Virus record (IMG/VR): IMGVR_UViG_3300009506_000004
Span: 65,440 to 129,439 of that record
DNA length: 64,000 nucleotides
Reading direction: 5' to 3' (one strand)
Origin: a virus
Part shown: positions 61,035-64,000 of the stretch, in pieces
How the letters are laid out: each line of letters begins with the position of its first letter
Position numbering within the stretch: the first letter of the stretch is position 1
The notes under the pieces: generated by a model
The model's database searches: none
What the model was told of the DNA's origin: nothing
The model's input: the letters and a program-made list of their open reading frames with translations, nothing else
Made by a program: the position numbers and the translations under genes

Positions 61035-61476
61035 ATACCACCCCAATGGGTGGGTAGTTTTGACCTTTGACCTTCGTTTTGACCTTTTGCCGAGATCTCA
61101 AAAACATGAATTTTACCCTATTTTTTGAGGCATTTTTGACTGATCATTATACACGTAAGAGGTAGTTTTGAGGAAATTTTCCGTAACGCCCCAAATATCA
61201 GTATATACTTCTCCCAATTTTTTAAAAATATACAGCAAATATCGCCTCTACCTGCATCAAAGTCACAATCTGCAAAAATAGGCTGTTTTTTATAGATCGT
61301 ATACCAAAAAGTACCGTTTTTCTTTGACCCTAAAAAAAGCCTACCCCAAAAAATAGTCACTATGGGAAGGGTACCTACCCCCAATTCTTGCTACCACCAA
61401 TGGGAGAAAAATGGCCCATTTTGAGAACCCTCCCTCAAAAAACTACCGATCTGTAGTCAATTTGAATCCATGCCCA

Positions 61477-62248
61477 GATATGTTTACCTAAATATCCTTT
61501 GAAGGCCGCCCTTGCCCTGCCCCGCTCAGTACATGAGTGAATTTTCCAAGAAAAGATATATTTACCTAGATATCCTTTGAAGGATCCCCGCCACTCGTTT
61601 CCCTTTCCCCTTTCCCCTCGTTCCCAAGTACATGAGTGAATTTTCCAGGCACATAAAAGGGATCATCAAAAGATATATTTATCTAGATATCCTTTGAAGG
61701 ATTCCCGCCCCTTGAAACTATTACTCAATAGCTATCATTTTTAAGCCCTATTTCGCGTCCAAATGAGCCGAGAGGTACTAGGACACCACTCCTCCTCTTT
61801 GCGCTCATTTTAGGACGCAAAAAGTGCGTTTTTACTTTGTTTTCTCACCTATGTTGACTACCCCCGCCCCCTGCCCAATAGTGAATTTCTCAGGCACAAA
61901 AAATATGTCTATCTAGATATCCTTTGAAGGATCCCCGCCTCTCGTTCCCCGCCTCTCGTTCCCCGCCTCTCGTTCCCCGCCAAGTACATGAGTGAATTTT
62001 CCAGGCACATAAAAGGGATCATCAAAAGATATGTTTATCTAGATATCCTTTGAAGGATCCCTGTCCCTTGTTCCCTGTCCCTTGTTCCCTGTCCCTCGTT
62101 CCCTGTCCCTCGTTCCCCGCCTCTCATTCCCCGCCTCTCGTTCCCCGCCTCTCGTTCCCCGCCTCTCGTTCCCCGCCAAGTAGTGAATTTTCCAGGCACA
62201 TAAAAGGGATCATCAAAAGATATGTTTATCTAGATATCCTTTGAAGGA
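61477..62248 (+). repeat. Array of GATAT.TTTA.CTAGATATCCTTTGAAGG units separated by pyrimidine-rich microsatellites
   Basis: Six units (61477, 61555, 61672, 61902, 62028, 62219) and a seventh at about 63420; an extended unit of about 66 bp at 61635, 61991 and 62182. Confidence 0.9.
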
Positions 62249-62251
62249 CCA

Positions 62252-62278
62252 AATAAAAAGGGGAGGCATTGCCTCCCC
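62252..62278 (-). terminator. Intrinsic terminator
   Basis: GGGGAGGC-AAT-GCCTCCCC plus TTTTTATTT on the minus strand. Confidence 0.85.
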
Positions 62279-62295
62279 AAGGAACCACACAACCA

Positions 62296-63163
62296 CTAGT
62301 CAAACACAATAACCGCCACGGTCTTGTTACCACTCCAGTAAACAGATCCGCCAAAGTCGTACTCCTCACCTGTATCGGGATCCACCCAGAACCCCTCCTC
62401 CTCAAGAATATCGCGCACCTTGTACACTTCTTCGCTAGCTTCTGTTAGCTCCGTTGGCGCACCACTCAGCAAACGGCGCATTAGGTGTGCCACCTTATGG
62501 TCAAGATCAAGGGCATCATAGAGCATATCTGCCTCTTGTTCTAGCTCCTTGATCTGCTTACGTAGTTCGTCGATTCTACTCATGTCTGTAGCTCCTATCT
62601 GAATTGTTCTAAGTGATTTGATCCCTTCTCGAATTACTTGACGTACTCTATCGCCTACCTTTACTGCCTTGTCCATTTGTGACTCTGTTAACTGAGATGC
62701 CAGATACAGATCGTTGATTACTTTAGCAACCTTTACATAGTCACTAAAAAGATCCTTTGTTTGCAACATTGTATCAACCCTCTATGAAATACCGCCCCTC
62801 CCTAACTATCACCCGCTCCCCCTTGCCCACCGTAGGACGGCCTATTTGTATCTCCCCCTCCTTCACCTTACGAGCTATGTCAAGGTAGTTAAACCCGTAG
62901 GTCCGATAATACCGTTGTGCGTGTTGCAACGACAAAAAGTGCTTTGTTCCGACCAGCATGGTACCCTACCTCCAATAGACTATCTCGTTGACTTCCTGTG
63001 TTGTTAACGTAGGTTGCGACCAATTAGACAGAGTCAACGTACGTGCCGTTAAGTCGTCTCTGCTTTCCACCTCATTGTAATATCGGGTGGCGATAACACA
63101 TACCCTACGTGACCACTCTGGGTGGGTGTCAACGATATTCGGGAATAGCTCGCTAAATCTCAT
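62296..63163 (-). CDS. Early operon hypothetical genes (62296-62769, 62774-62959, 62966-63163)
   Basis: Co-oriented, higher-GC ORFs between the promoter at 63284-63311 and the terminator at 62252. Confidence 0.7.
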
Positions 63164-63174
63164 GTGTTTGCTCT

Positions 63175-63261
63175 TCAGTATGGCATTCTCGGCGACAACG
63201 TTGTCTGCGCCAAGGCCCCGATGATGATTGCGACAGCAAAAGCAGCAAGGATTGTAATCAT
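63175..63261 (-). CDS. 28-aa hydrophobic peptide
   Basis: MITILAAFAVAIIIGALAQTTLSPRMPY; GAGGAGA RBS. Confidence 0.75.
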   Translation of the reverse strand: MITILAAFAVAIIIGALAQTTLSPRMPY

Positions 63262-63283
63262 TTTTTTGTTTCTCCTCTATTTA

Positions 63284-63311
63284 AATCTACGATCTGCTTT
63301 CAGTTTGTCAA
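63284..63311 (-). promoter_or_regulatory. Early promoter
   Basis: TTGACA-N10-AGATCG-TAGATT. Confidence 0.75.
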
Positions 63312-63452
63312 GTGCCCCAAAAAATATTTTTTAAAAAAAGGATATTTGTACCCATTTATCCGGCGCTTTATCCGGCGCTTTATCCGGCGCTCAAGGGTGC
63401 ATAAATCGGATCATCAAAAGACATATTTATCTAGATATCTTTTGAAAGAGCA

Positions 63453-63483
63453 AATAAAAAGAGGGAGGCACAAGCCCTCCCCC
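63453..63483 (-). terminator. Probable terminator
   Basis: GC-rich imperfect hairpin with a U tract on the minus strand, downstream of 63539..63721. Confidence 0.55.
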
Positions 63484-63538
63484 TATATCTTTTGTCTGGC
63501 TTCCGGCCCGCGACCTACGGCCCGCGACCTACGGCCCG

Positions 63539-63721
63539 CTAGTCTATTAGTTCGTATTTTATCTCCCAACCGTCAAATCCATTTATTTCAATTAACGCTT
63601 CTGCGGTTTTTTCCGATTCTTCCAGTTTGATTCGTTGTTCTGGTGTTTTACACCATTCCGGATAATACTGATCTTCGCCAAATGACACCTCTAATGTCGC
63701 TATAATCCTAAATTTCTGCAT
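63539..63721 (-). CDS. Early hypothetical protein
   Basis: 60 aa with a GAGGAG RBS. Confidence 0.7.
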   Translation of the reverse strand: MQKFRIIATLEVSFGEDQYYPEWCKTPEQRIKLEESEKTAEALIEINGFDGWEIKYELID

Positions 63722-63770
63722 TTTTAGCTCCTCATAGATCCGCTTAGCAACGGCGCTGTTTGTCTACTCA

Positions 63771-63798
63771 AGACTAGCTCGCTATTTGCCCCTGTCAA
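63771..63798 (-). promoter_or_regulatory. Early promoter
   Basis: TTGACA-N16-TAGTCT. Confidence 0.65.
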
Positions 63799-64000
63799 GA
63801 AAAATCTCAAAAGATATCTTCATCTTTTTGTCTTTTTGTTTGTATCGCCTTAACTAGTCTGCCGAGTCTACAGCAAAGTAGGTCAGCATTAAGGGCTATC
63901 GTACCCCACCGATCACTATCCGATACCTCCCCTTTGCGGCCACATACATCAAATGGCCCGTCGTAGTCTGCGACCATAACCGCAAGCCGATCAACAGTGC

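Noticed and set aside
59783-62244. ORFs 59783, 60003, 60126, 60454, 61118 and 62050
   Set aside because: Translations of repeat or regulatory DNA with low complexity and no RBS
61477-62248. CRISPR array
   Set aside because: Spacers are low-complexity, mutually similar and very uneven in length; no cas genes in the window
1-64000. Stop-codon reassignment
   Set aside because: Genes are full-length and tightly packed under code 11; TAG and TGA serve as real stops, and no suppressor tRNA was seen

Overview
About 64 kb of an AT-rich tailed dsDNA phage genome, siphovirus-like and read in the standard genetic code. The window starts inside a gene. The left arm carries an SNF2-type helicase fragment, a tandem HNH-AP2 nuclease, a tRNA cluster, ParB, an AEP primase/SF3 helicase, a dNTP diphosphohydrolase and a DEDDh exonuclease. 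A long minus-strand virion operon (10.1-46.3 kb) holds the tail tip, tape measure, frameshifting tail chaperone, two tail-tube paralogs, fibre-like proteins, a P22-coat-like capsid gene split by an 878-nt group I intron, scaffold, portal and GpA-type terminase, plus a holin/protease/thioredoxin block. A plus-strand accessory operon follows (46.4-59.7 kb), then a repeat-rich, largely non-coding region with strong early-type promoters. The most striking candidate system is in the accessory operon. It encodes a phage TatA (missed by the ORF track), two twin-arginine-signal proteins whose passengers resemble the phage's own capsid N-terminus and tail tube, and up to three further miniature capsid-like paralogs. 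Other highlights: an intron ORF that reads through the ribozyme core, a structural gene precisely split by a 1370-nt gene insertion, a shared capsid/scaffold leader peptide and a structured RNA wedged between tRNAs. All protein assignments are from motif recognition and alignment by eye; no database search was run. A Planctomycetota-like host is only an inference.
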